NCBI RefSeq assembly: GCF_036365525.1
Contig: NC_090395.1
Coordinates: 65,497,326 to 65,561,325, forward strand
Length of the DNA stretch: 64,000 nt
Origin: Heterodontus francisci
Taxonomy: Eukaryota
Direction: 5' to 3'
Position numbers and translations under genes: made by a program. Positions 39,061 to 52,156 of the stretch are shown here, in pieces (position 1 is the stretch's first letter; each line of letters begins with the position of its first letter). The notes under the pieces were generated by a model. The model saw only the letters and a list, made by a program, of their open reading frames with translations, made no database searches and had not been told where the DNA came from.

Positions 39061-40780
39061 CTGAGGAGACAACATTTCAGAAACTGACTAGGAAATAACT
39101 GCTTATTACAAACAGGTACATTTTAGTAAGTGTTACCACTGGATACAGATTATATCTATTAATATTTTGAATTCCTTCTAATTTGTGATGAAAGAAAACA
39201 TTAGTGTAGTGCCTTATCACAGCCTCAGGATGTGACAAAAGACTTCACAGCCAATGATTTTCTGTTGAAATCACTATTGCTATTGTGTCAGTTGTGGCTC
39301 AGTTCATTCTCGCATGTGAATCAGTAGATTTGGGATTCAATTCCCACTCCAGACAGCTGAGCATGAAATCTAGCCTGAATACCAGTGCAGTACAGATGGG
39401 GTGCTGCGCTGTTGGAGGGACTGTCTTTCAGATGAGTAATTAAACTGAGACCGTATCTGCCCTCTCAGGTGGTTACAAAGTTTCCCATGGATTCTATTTT
39501 GAAGTAGAGCAGGGAAATTCCCCCAGTATCCTGCCCAACATTGGGAAGGGAAGATTCAGGAACTTGGAGATCGATCAATGAGCTGAACCTTGAGAGTAAT
39601 AAACACTGGACTATTCATGGTCGTCAGTGTAAGAATAGTGAGATAAGGGAAGTAATTCTCTGGCTGGAGAGATGGCTCAGAAGAAAAGGGTTTGGATTCT
39701 TGGCCCTTTGGGCCAATTGTGGATGAGGAGCAGCCTGTGGAGGATGGGAGAACTTTACTTGAAAAGCTATTGGACCAATGGCCTTGCTGGGAGAGGAACT
39801 AATGCCGCAGGGAAAGAGCTTACACTAAAATGGCAGAAGGGAGGTTAAAAACAAGGTGAAGAGGCAGAGAGAAAAGCAGAAATAGAAAAGTTACAGGAAC
39901 GGTTAAAGAGGGAATTGGAGAAATAAAATAGATCATATCAGAAAGAGGAAAGATTGAAAAGAGGAAGATTGTCAAACAGACAGAAGCACCCATCAGTCGA
40001 ACGTACAGAATTACATAAAGTATTCTGTGTAAAATTGATATGTTAGAGACACAATTTTTTTATGGGGAGGTTTGATGTAATGGAGTTAATAGAGTTGTGA
40101 CTTAGGGTAGGGGGGAACTGGGAGTTTAACATTGCTGGTTACAAAATAGATTCATGATAAATCGTGAAGTGGTGGCAATGTTGATCAAAAATTCCATTAC
40201 CGCATAATATGTGTAAAAGCTAAATCTAATTGGTTAAAGTTAAAGAATGAGAAGAAAACGGTCACTTATTGGAAGAGTAATATAGACCAACCGTCTACCA
40301 ATGAGGAACAGTATCACTGATAGAGCCTCATGAAACAATAAATCATTAGCTATACTTTGAATGACAGAAACAATTGCAAACTCGAGGTTTGTTCTGTTTG
40401 AGGGATTATTACCACTGCAGTCTTCAATGTATATTGGACATCAGACTGCATAAAAAAAATCACTCTTTGCAGATTAAAATGGGTTACCTTTGCGTTTTGA
40501 TTAAATTACTTGTGGAGCTTTTTAAAAAGTTATATGGGCCTTTTATTTTTCATTCACAATTAATGATGCAGTTTAGTATTACTTGGTAAATATTTCTGTG
40601 GTACAATAGTATAAACAAAAAGAGATGCAAGACTTCACACAAATATTATAGATTTATTTTTGCTGAGTATTTTGTGCCTTTACATGTCTCCAAGTATTTA
40701 AACATCTTCACTGTATAAACCGTACACTAGACAGAAAATAACACTGATTATCTGAAGATCCAGCTCTGACTGTTACTCAC

Positions 40781-40817
40781 GGGGCAGGGAACAAATGAGA
40801 AGAATCGGAATCCACAT
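40781..40817 (-). CDS. Receptor gene A exon 1: signal peptide MWIPILLICSLP
   Basis: ATG at 40817, hydrophobic 12 codons + 1 nt, donor C|GTGAGT; phase 1 matches the V exon. Confidence 0.9.
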
Positions 40818-40904
40818 CGTTTTATTCACAAAGATCAGATCAGCACTTGCTGTCGGTCACCCAGCTCTTCGATCTCACAATGAAATGTAAATGGTAAAAG
40901 GAAT

Positions 40905-40970
40905 TTAAATGAGGAAGAAGACAGCAGGAAGGCAGGTCATGAAACCACAGTAAACCAGCTGATGCAATCT
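40905..40970. promoter_or_regulatory. Candidate myeloid proximal promoter of gene A
   Basis: AAATGAGGAAG (PU.1/ETS, 40907), AACCACA (RUNX, 40943), CAGCTG (E-box, 40956), TGATGCAAT (C/EBP-ATF, 40960), 90-150 bp upstream of the ATG. Confidence 0.55.
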
Positions 40971-41237
40971 GACCCTGAAGAACTTGAAATACTGTCAGCT
41001 ATATTTAACAAACAGAACTTAACTAATTTTCATCAAAGGATGGAAAAGTATGAAAAACTCGAGGGTTAAAATGTTAGCAGGAATGGATAATGGTGACCCA
41101 AGCACAGTATTATGCTGAATTGTGAGGTGAGCTCGAACAGGCACACGATCCCATCCTCGTTTTCTAAAAATTCCATAAGCTTTCGGTGACATGAGTATTT
41201 TTTTCTGTATAAAAATTAGTGATGCAATTAAACAGAT

Positions 41238-42088
41238 TGTCAGGTCGGCCTTCATCTGCCAAGAATGAGAAACATATATTTCAGCACATGGACATTAAAT
41301 TTAAAAAATTGTTGCTGGGCGGAAAAGAAGGCCTATTACAAGGGGTTGCTAAGCCGCTGACTGGAAAAACATTTTTTTCATACTAGCAGACAGTGTTGGA
41401 ACAAAGAAACCAGTCCCTGCCCCAATACACGAACAGATGTGGTCAGACCAGCTTAGTCACATGACTAACTAGCCGTTGGAGTTTTGTGAAATTTGAACTT
41501 GACACAGAGTTTTAAACTGGCAGAAAGCTGTTTGCTCCTGGACTGAAAAGACCTCTCTTCTGTCTGCTCTCATCTCGCTCTCACCAGCTTCGGGAATCAT
41601 TGAAGACACATGAACCCCAAGAGAGAAAAGTCTCCTATAGTGAACCAGCTTTAAGAAGCATACTGGGCCCCAACGAAAAGCAAATCTACCTACAAGCAAG
41701 AACTACAGCAAGCTCGAAGCACAGTAACAAAAACTCCTCTTCAGAGATTGCCTCAAGCCTCTCTACTTTATTTTTCTTCTGCTCTGTTCTGTCTCTATTT
41801 GCATGTGCGTATCCTGTTTGCCTGCTAGTGTGGGGAACGGTGGGTATCCGTAGGTGTTAACTGAATTAGAGTTAAAGTTTTAATAAATTTCACCTTTTCT
41901 TCTTTAAACCTCAGAAAGCCTGTTTGTTTTCAATTCTTTGCCTTATAATTGGAAAGCGGTGAACAAGGATTCACTAAGGGGGAGCTCAAAACACAGTGTA
42001 TTTAAAAAAATAAAGCCCTGTTACAATAAGACCAGGTGAAGGCTGAGAAAGAAAGACCCCTAAACACCTTTCTCACCTGGTCATAACA
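41238..42088 (+). mobile_element. Solo LTR related to the 15.5/22.3 kb LTRs
   Basis: TGT..ACA ends, near-TSD agat/atat, shares ccttataattggaaagcggtgaacaaggattcac; partial relative at ~50548-51005 (-). Confidence 0.85.
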
Positions 42089-42449
42089 ATATACATTTAT
42101 TAATGTTGTGATTTATTTGCTTTATGTGAAACTTGTTGCTAGTGCTGAACAACAATTCTGTCAGGATGAGGAGATCGGAACTCTGAGATATGCAGTAGAA
42201 GGACTCCCTCTGCTCCATTTACCAGATCCACAAATGGGTTATGAGACAGATTTCAGGCAAAAAAGGGAACTCGATTAACGGAGGGAAGCCTTTGGGTAAA
42301 AACAAACTGTGATCAAGGAACTGGGAGGGAGAATCAATCCCAAGGTGAGGATGCCTCTACTAAACCCCTGACATAGGACCTTGTATTTCTCCTGTCCTAG
42401 CTGGTCATGAGTGAGCCTGGTAAATAGCACTGGACAGGAAACAGCGAGC

Positions 42450-43470
42450 TGTGGTAAATGGTTGGTTTTCAGACTGGTCTGGTGTTCCCTTAGGGTCAGT
42501 GTTAGGACTACTGCTTCTTTTGACCAATATTAAATGACTTGGATATTAAAATACAGAATAAAATTTCAAAATTTGCCGATGATACCAAAATTGGAGGAGT
42601 GACAAACAGTTAGGATGATACAAATCGACTGGGACAGGTTTAGAAAGGCCAGCAGAATGGGAAGACAAATGTCACATGTAATTTAACACAGATAAGTGTG
42701 AGTTGATGCATTTTGTCAGAAGGGATGGGGAGAGGTAATAAAAGCTTACTGGCACAGTTGTAAAGAGTGTACAGGAACAGAGGGACCAGGGGGTACCTGT
42801 GCATAGTTCTTTGCAGCTGGCAGGAAATATTGTGAGAGTCATTCGCAAAGCCTTTGATTTCTTGGGCTTCATAAAGAGAGGTTTTGAGTACAAAAGCAGG
42901 AAAGTTATGCTGAACTTTTATAAAGCTCTGGTTATGCCACAACTAGAGTATTGCAGCCAGTTCTGTCCATCACACTTTCGGAAGGATGTGAGGGTCCTTG
43001 AGAGGGATTTACTGTAATGGGTCCAGGGATGGGGGATTTAGCTACAAGGTCAAGTTGGAGAAGCTGGGCTTGTTCTTCTTGGAGTAAAGGAGATTGAGGG
43101 GAGAATCGATAGAGGTTTGATTCTGTGAGGTGTACAAGAATATGACACATTAAGATTACATAGACAAGGAAAAGCTGATCCAATTAGCTGATGGCACAAG
43201 GACTAGTAGATACAGATTTAAAGTTGTGGGCAAAAGATGCAGGGGGGATTGTACAAAATGAGTATTAATGGCTGGGAAGTCGCTACCTGTGAGGGTGGTG
43301 GAAGCAGAGACGATGAACGATTTCAAAAGGAAATTGGATGGGGGCTTGAAGGAAATAAACTTGCCAGGCTACGGGGATTGAGCAGGGGAATGGGATTGAC
43401 TACGGGGGCCAGCATGGGCATGATGGGCCGAATGGCCTCTTTCTCTGTTGTAACTGACTCAATGACTCTA
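42450..43470 (+). mobile_element. Degraded CR1 3' fragment
   Basis: LGFIKRGFEYKSR..QLEYC motifs. Confidence 0.8.
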
Positions 43471-44399
43471 AAGATCTGAGAAGTTTGAATTCTTGCTTTA
43501 CTCTGCCTCAGTGTGTTCCCTTGTCTGGAGCTTCCTGAGTTTCACATTGTATTTAATATTGATTTTAAGGGGCCACTGGGGTTGGAGGCCCTTGTTATGC
43601 TTTTCTTTATATTCAGGAGATTGAACAGTTATGTGAAAGAAATTTTCATCACTCTGTGACTTTAATGCCCCGATGTTCTGTGTTGGACATTTTGCAGTAA
43701 ATGCAGAAAGTTGCAACATTGAGAAGCACAATATAAATGGATGAACCTGAGTGACAGATTAATTTGCTTCTCCTTGTCCACCAGACTCAGTCATGTAGGT
43801 CAGCGAAGGGCAATTATCTGAGCATTGGTTCTCTACCCCTGTGCAGATCAGAGTGAGGAACACTCAATGTTAAAGTGAGTAAATCAGAGACTGATACGAT
43901 GCTCAATATGATATCATCATAGCAGCAGTTTCTGGGGAAGCCATTGGGTTCCAGCACCATTCTGGGACAGCTTACTAATATTAATCACCAACTTTAGTTT
44001 ACCTAAATCTTTGAATGGCGGACCCCTTGAAAACTTCTTGTGGACCCCTGGTTGAAAACTCTTGAACTCGAGCACAAATTAAAAAATAACTCATGCAAGT
44101 GTTGAGGTTGACAGGACAGTTCAATGTTCTCTTCTTCCCACAGAGTATTGAAGTTAGATTCACAGATGAAACAGTTAATGCAATTAGTCAGAGATCCTGT
44201 ACAGTGCCGAGGTATTGTGTTAAAATCATATCCTGGTAGACGTGCTGTCAGCAGCTTTTTATATATCTGTTCCTCTGAGATGAACAATTGCAGGGCAAGG
44301 TCCTGCTGCAAAATGTTAACTGCAAGACTTTCTCCATTAAAAGTTTAACGCAAGTTTCCAACCGATGAAATTAATATTTCTCATTTGGCATATAAGCGT

Positions 44400-47300
44400 T
44401 TCTTGACACTGTTCACTTTAACTCCTCCCTCCCTATCAAAACCTTTCATACTTTTTAAGACTTCCATTAGGTCACACCTCAGCCTTTTTTTGTCAAGAGA
44501 AAATAGACTCAGCTTGCTCATTCTTTCCTGATATGTATACCCATGCATTTCTGGTATCATCCTTGTAAATATTCTCTGCACCCTCTCCAGTGCCTCTATA
44601 TCCTTTTTATAATATAGCGACTGGAACTGCATGCAGTATCCTACTTGAATGGTATATTACTTGAATGGTAAAAAGTTGCAGCATGCTGCTATGCAGAGGG
44701 ACCTAGGTGTCCTTGTGCATGAATCGCAGAAGGTTGGTCTGCAGGTACAGCAAGTAATTAGGAAGGCAAATGGAATTTTGTCCTTCATTGCTAAAGGGAT
44801 TGAGTTTAAAAGCAGAGAGGTTATGTTGCAGCTGTATAAGGTACTGGTGAGGCCGCACCTGGAGTACTGTGTGCAGTTTTGGTCTCCTTACTTGAGAAAG
44901 GATATACTGGCACTGGAGAGGGTGCAGAGGAGGTTCACTAGGTTGATTCCGGAGTTGAGGGGGTTGGTTTATGAGGAGAGACTGAGTAGATTGGGATTAT
45001 ATTCGTTGGAGTTCAGAAGAATGAGGGGGGATCTTATAGAAACATATAAAATCATAAAGGGAATAGATAAGATACAAGTAGAGAGGATGTTTCCACTGGC
45101 AGGTGAAGCTAGGACAAGAGGGCATAGCCTCAAGATTAGAGGGAGCAGATTTAGGACTGAATTAAGAAGGAACTTCTTCACCCAGAGGGAATTCCTTGCC
45201 CAGTGAAGTAGTTGACGCTTCTTCAGTAAACGTCTTTAAAGCTAAGGTAGATATCTTTTTGAACAATAAAGGAATTAAGGGATACGGTGGGAGCGCGGGT
45301 AAGTGGATCTGAGTCCCCGATAAGATCAGCCATGATCTTATTGAATGGCGGAGCAGGCTCGATGGGCCGGACGGCCTACTCCTGCTCCTAGTTCTTATGA
45401 TCTTATGATCTATGATTATGATCTAAGCAAGATTTGATACAGGTTTTGCATATCTTCCCTATTTTTCAATTCGATCCCTCTAGAAATTAAGGCTAGTGTT
45501 TTGGTTTTTTATTTAAGGTCTTGCAAACGAGTAGTGTAAATTTTAGTGATTTGTGTATTTGTACTCCGAGATCCCTTTGTTCCTCTACCCAACCTAGACT
45601 CGCACCTTCAAAGTAATAAGTGAGCTCCCTATTCTTCCAACTTCACATTTATCTGTGTTGAATTACATTTGCCATTTAGTTGCCCATTCTGCAAGTTTAT
45701 TCATGTCCTCTTGTAATTTGTTGCAGTCATCCTCGATTTTGACTATCGCCCAATCCACGTTAGTGTCATCTGCAAATTTAGAAATTGTGTTTTGATTCCA
45801 AAGTTCAAATTGTTAATGTAAATTGTGAACAGCAGTGGTCACAGCACTGATTGTTGTGCAACTCCACATCTCAACTGCTGTCCTTCTGAATGACTACCCT
45901 TTATTCCCACTCTCTGCTTTCTGTCCTGAAGCCAGCTATCAATCCATTCTGCTGATTGTCCCCTGACTCTGCATTCTCTGGCCTTATTGATGAGCCTATT
46001 ACGGAACACCTTATCAAAGGCCTTTTGAAAGTATAAATAAATTACATCTACTGCATTACCATTGTCTACTCTCTCTGTTACACCCTTAAAAAAATCAATA
46101 ACTTTGGTTGAGCAATATTTTCCTTTTGAAATCCATGCTGACTATTCATGATTATATTTTTTTCTTCTCTATGTTTGTTCTATTCTCTTCATTAGTAGGG
46201 ATTCCTATCACTGATGTAAGCTGACTATGCCTATAATTCTCTGGGCATATCCTGTTCCCCTTCTTAAATATAGGAATTAAGATAGCTATCTGCCAGTCCT
46301 CTGACGCTACATCTTTATCTAATGAATTATTAAGTATGTGTATTAATGCTTCTGTTACCTTCCCTATATTCTTTCAAAATGCGTGAATGCAATCCATCTG
46401 TTCTCAGAAGCTCAAAATCATCTTTAATCTATTAACCTGGTTTTGATCATACTTATTTCCTTCTCTATTATCATCTTAAAGCATATTATATTATGGTCAC
46501 TATTGCCTGGATGTTTCCCGACTATTACTTCTCTTACCACTCTGGTTCATTCCCCAGTACTAGATCCAACAGCGAATTTTCTCTTGTTGGGCTTTTTACA
46601 TATTGGGTTAGAAACAAGTCCTGTATACATTAGAAGAACTCCATTTCCTTATCCCCTTTACCTAGCACTTCTGTCCAATTAATATCGGGTAGTTGAAATC
46701 CTGCTTTGTGGTTATTCTATGATTTTTACTCAATTCTCAAATTTGTCTGCATGTTTCTTCCACCGCCTCCCTTCTACTATTAGGTGGTCTGTAGAACACA
46801 CTGATTAGTGTGATTGATGCTTTCTGTCTTTTATCTCTACCTATATGAATTCCAGTTTTGTCTTGCTGATAACTGTGTCTCTTATTTTACTACCATTATG
46901 TTATCCCCAGTAAGTAAAGCGACTCCACCTCCACTTTTCCCTCTCTATCTTTTCTAAATATGTTGTACCCTGCAATATTTAATTCCGAGTCCTGATCTTT
47001 CTGTAGCCATGTCTCAGTAATCCCTACTGTGTCTGGGTCCTTCGAACATAATTGGCACCAACTCCCTTGTTTTATTACAGACATTGCATTGCTGTACAGA
47101 CATTTTAAATCACTTTAATAGAATTTCCTCTCACTTTATGTTTACCCATCTTTTTAGACTCCTGTTTCATAACTCTATTAATTCCCTTGCTATTAATGTC
47201 CTCCCTTAGTTTATTCTTTTCCATGCACTCCTTCCCTGTTTTGTTTAAGTCCAGGCTGCTTATGTTTCTTGTAGAGCATTTCCCCCCCCCCCCACTACCT

Positions 47301-47460
47301 GACCCTATCTTATTAGTTTAAAGCCTTTGCCACATCGCCATTTAACTCTTTCCTCTCAAACACAGGTCCCATCCTGGTTCAGGGGGAGCCCGTCCCATCG
47401 GTACAGCTCCTTCCCATCCCAGAATGGTGACAGTGTCCCATGAAATGGAGCCCCTCTTTC
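44400..47460. mobile_element. Old minus-strand CR1 interrupted by a young plus-strand CR1 3' fragment (~44646-45420)
   Basis: ORF 44649-45206 [13 protein letters not shown] with (cttatgat) tail; flanking pieces continue the older element (ITETWLQ). Confidence 0.82.
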
Positions 47461-48027
47461 CCAGTTGCGTCTGGTGGTAGCAACAGCTTGGATGAGGACT
47501 TTACTGGCAAGGGAGCTGACGGAGTCGGTGCCTAGGGAACAGTGTTTATGGTGGGGATAAAAACAATCACTTCAGTCTTTACAATGTTTAATTGGCAGGT
47601 ATTTTGTCTCACCCAGGGCTGCATGTTGGAGAAGCAGCTGGACAAGGGTGGTCAAAAAGGGAATCAGGCTTTATGTTTGAAATTGTGCTTGTCCTATTTG
47701 GAAAAGATTCACAAGTTTACATTATAATTACTAAAATAAACATCAAATCATAATAAAATTAAGCTATTACCAGATTTCCTAAAATAGAGAAAAACACATT
47801 CTTATTTATATCAGCGGGTCTCCCATTCTATTGTGAGAAATGTACATTTTCCATCCCATGTAAAAGTGCCACGTATTATTGGAGCTACTGGTTTCCAATG
47901 AATGAATAAGTCAAGTTGCTTATTTCTTACAGAATATTGTTCATGATGCTTGTGATATTTTCAGGCTTAACAATTGACAGAAAACCTATGACAAAAGTAT
48001 GAAACAGGAAGTCTAGTTGTGCAGTCA

Positions 48028-49413
48028 GGGGCTGGAATTTTACGGTGGCCGGAGGGGAGCCAAATACCAACCAAAAAGTCGGTGGCGATCCCTCCTCCGC
48101 TGGGCTTAGTGATTCATACTGTATTTTACGGTCCCCAAGCCCTTAATTGGTTGTAGGCGGGACTTTCACCTCATTGAGGCAGGAAGTCCCACCTAATGGA
48201 GCTGCCGGCCAATCACGGGAGTGGTGATCACTGCTGGGACTGCAACCCAGCTATAGAATGGAAATGTCAGGGAGCACCGGAGAATGGGTAGGTTTATGGG
48301 CGATCGGTCAGGCCCCAGCAAGGCAAGGGCGGGAGTGTCGACTGGGGTGGGTGGTGGGGTCGGGCGGGGGTTGGTGATGCGTTGGGCATTGGTGGCAGTT
48401 GGGGCATCAGAGGCCTCATCGGGTGCAGGGTGCTCGATCAGGCGGGCGCCGTTGGAAGGCTGTTAATTGGCCACTTAAAGGCCTTGATTATCCTAGGACA
48501 GGCAGGCCGTTACTCGCTGCCACTGCCCCGCAGGAAGGGCCCCCCGAGCCTCCCACTCCATTTCATGCCCCACTCCCTACCGCCCCTGACACCAGCCTGC
48601 TCTTTAGCGGGGCATAAAATTCCAGCCATGAAGTGGGCATGCAGATAAATTGGCCTGAATTTTGCGGGTGCTGCTGCGAATTGCGAAATGCGGCATGCAT
48701 CCCGCGCAGATGCTCCGCCGCAGAGCCCCCGTAATATTACGCTCGGGGGCTCATTTCAATAGCTGGGATGGAACGGCCACTCACGATGATGTAGACGGGG
48801 GCTGCTGCGTCCCCGCCAATGGCGTCCGGCACCACCGCGCAGGCACTGGCACCATTTTTAAAGGGCTTCAAGCCCTCAGATGAAGTTTTAATATTTAAAG
48901 TGATATTGTGCAGCATTGTGTGTAAAACAGTAAAGAAAGACTGGAGGCCTTATAAAGAGATTTTATTCCCAACCCGAACTTCCCACCACCCCCCACCCCC
49001 GCCAACCTCTTAACATTTGCCCTTCAACCTTTTCACACCATCTCCACAGCCAATAAAAAAAGGTTTTCTCTGCTCCCACCACCCACCACCACCACCCCCC
49101 CCACCACCGCCCACCCTGATAATTCCAGTCCTCCTGCCTCCCCACCAGTGTCTCACCTCAGAACTCCCTTTGGAGATCCGAAGGCGCGCGGGTTGTGACC
49201 AGTGGCCGTAAAATTGGTGTGGGACGGCCGCCGGTATCAGGTAAATTAATCTGCATTAATTTTAATTAAATTACAGAGTCCTCACCTCCGCTGGTCATAT
49301 GCGACGGGGCCTTCTTGGCATTGTGCGCTGAGGTGGGCCTCTCCATCAAGTATTTTATGGTTCCCCCATTTAGCCACAACCCACGACGTCGAGAGGCTGG
49401 TAACATTCAGCCC
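48028..49413. mobile_element. Two adjacent GC-rich MITEs (48028-48627 and 48652-49413)
   Basis: TIRs GGGCTGGAATTTT/AAAATTCCAGCC and GGCCTGAATTTT/AACATTCAGCCC; the second has TSD ATT; partial relative at ~54767-55350. Confidence 0.7.
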
Positions 49414-52074
49414 ATTATTGTCAACATGTAGATAGAGAGACAATAACTTAAAGGACGCAGCCATCGTTTTGGGCTTTGTTTCTTCCTCCACCAATTTAAT
49501 GGTCAGTTTAATTTAATAACAAAATAGTTTATTATGGAGGTAAAAGAAATGTTCAAAGCTGGATGAATAATGAACGTTTGATCAGTCAGGACACAAAATT
49601 CCATCAATGTAGATGTAAACTGGGAATCTTCATTTTACCACCTTGGTCAAGCTGTGACCATCTGATTCAGCGAGTCACTGAAAAAGAAAATATTTAAGGC
49701 ATCAGATTCATTGAGACTGAGAACGATGCATTATTTTCCATGTCAGTACTGAACAAAGTTCTGGAACTGGGAACAAATTGAGGGAGAGCTTGTGATGGAC
49801 TGGAGCTGTGTTGAGATCACTCTCCTCCCTCTCCCATCATTCATTGGATGTGTGTTGGGAAAATGTGCCTGTCGAATTCCTCTCGAATACATCTAACATA
49901 ATTTTCTCATAGGTGACTAATGTTTCCCTGCACTGTAATAGTGGGCATTTGACTGCAGCAATAGATTGACTTGGTTACTTTATTAAATGCATTTTATACC
50001 GTCCTGTCATGGTTCCCAGCAACAAAAGTATAGGTCCTCAGCCCCTTGGTGCTCGAATGGATAAATTTGAGTCCCCGCCTTATTGTCTGAAAGCAACGAT
50101 CCCTGGTGCCGACAGTAAAGTGATTTTCTGCCTTTCCTGTTTCCTGTCTTCCTTTCCTTGTAGCAAATGTGGCAGCTCACCATCATCTTCTCAAGGGCAA
50201 TTAGGGAGGGGCAATAAATGTGGATTAGCCAGAGACGCCCACATCCCATGAGTGAATAAAAAACAACAATGGACTACATGTCAGGGGGGTTCTATAACGG
50301 GCAGGTTACATAGGAACATAGCAACAGAAGCAGCCCCTTCAATCCCTCAGGCTGATCAATTGGATCACAGCTGATCTGTAGTTCAACTCCACTTACCCGA
50401 CATTGATCAACATCCTTTGATTTCCTGAACCCCAAAAAATCTAATGAACTCAGCTGTGAAAATTTTAACTAACCCAGCATTCATAGCCTTTAGGAGGAAC
50501 CAGTTCCAGATTTCCACGACACCTCTGTGAAAAAAATCATTATAATTTGTTACGACTCGGTGAGCAATCTTTCTAAGCTGTCTTTACCTGGTCTTATTGT
50601 AACAGGGTTTAATTTCAAACACACTGTGTTTTGAGCTTCCCTTCTTGTGAATCCTTGTTCACAGTTTCCAATTATAAGGCAAAGAAATGAGCACAAACAG
50701 ACTTTCTTTGGCTTAAAGCAGGAAGATGACATTTATTAAACCTTAACTTAAACCCTAATATGGTTTATGCCTACGGATATACAACATGCCCACGTTAGCA
50801 TGCACAAACGATATAAACATGCAGATAGGGACAGAAAGGAACAGAGGAAAAGATAAGTATACAGTTTGAGGCAATATCTTGTTGCTGCTTCTCCAGCTCG
50901 CTGTAGTCCTTGATCGAAGATATGGTCTTGTGTTTCGTTGGGGACCAGTAGTCTTCTAAAAAATATTGTTCACGTAGGAAACCTTTTCTCTCTGAGTTTA
51001 GGGTTTGCAATTTTTAAGTTTTGGTTCATGTGGCAAAATTATGTGTGCCGCAGTCTTGGCGGGGTGGGGGGAGGTTTGCCTGACAAATTTCATTCCTCAA
51101 TGGCTTAGCTCTCATTTTTAAATTATGCCCCCTTGTACTAGCAAGCAGCATCACTGTTCCTCCCATATTGAAACCCTTAATAGTTGTAAATAGCTCAATA
51201 AACTCACCCCTCGACCTTCCAAGCTCAAGGGTGCAAGCCAATTTATGCAATATATCCTCATAACTTAACCTTTTACCCCTGGTATCACTCTGGTGAATTG
51301 ACACTGCACTCTTTCCAAGGCCAATATTTCTTTCCTGGGGGTCAGTGCTCAAAGCTGAATGCAGAATTCCAGATGGAGTCTGACCAAGACGCTGCCCAAG
51401 GTTCTTGTAATAAAATTTACACAGTGCCTTTCATGTTTTCAAGACTTCCCAAGCTCTTTACAATGAAAATGTGAACTGCATAGAGACGTTATCAAATGAA
51501 TCGTTATCTGAGGGCCTCATCTGCTTGTTTCAGTGGATACAAAAGATACCATGGCACTATGTGAAGAAGAACAGAAGAGTTTTCCCAGTATCTTGGCCTA
51601 AACAGGTTATTTGATCATTCATCTCCTTTATTGTTTTTTGGGACATTACTGTCTGCAAATTGTCATTTTTGCCGCCATTATGACAGTAACACTTCAAAAC
51701 TATCATTTTGAGTGTAAAGAGCTTGGGGCACCTTGAAGCCATGAAAGGTACTGTATAAATTTTATTATAAGAACCTTCAGTTAAAGTGTGAATTTAATTT
51801 ATTTATGTAAGTTACTTCTGGATGGATGCAGCTACAAGAAGAATCGAGAAGCCCAACACCATCCAGAAAAAAGGAATCTACTTGATTTTGCTTACATAAC
51901 ATGAGTAATGCTTCAAAACTAACTCATCTTATGTGTCCAAATGCTTTGTTTCATCCTGAGGACATGAAAGGATTTATAAAAATGCAAGTTTTTCTTTACA
52001 ATATCTGTGATCAATATTTTTGAAAGTATTGATGCAGTGATTCATATCAAGTCCATAATCCCCACCTTGTGTTT

Positions 52075-52156
52075 TCAAATGCACCTTGTCACTGTAAAAG
52101 TACAAGTCACCAGGAGAGCAAAGAGTACCCAGCGTATCACATTCCAGATAATGTAA
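52075..52156 (-). CDS. Receptor gene B: terminal exon, Arg-containing TM with no cytoplasmic tail
   Basis: Strong acceptor ttcttctcttttattcag, phase 2 fits the stalk exon; SYIIWNVIRWVLFALLVTCTFTVTRCI*; Arg codon at 52132-52134; not in the ORF track. Confidence 0.82.

Noticed and set aside
52081-52086. Splice donor AAG|GTGCAT that would extend gene B into a tail
   Set aside because: Weak donor and no matching cytoplasmic exon found between 41 and 52 kb; not fully excluded without RNA data
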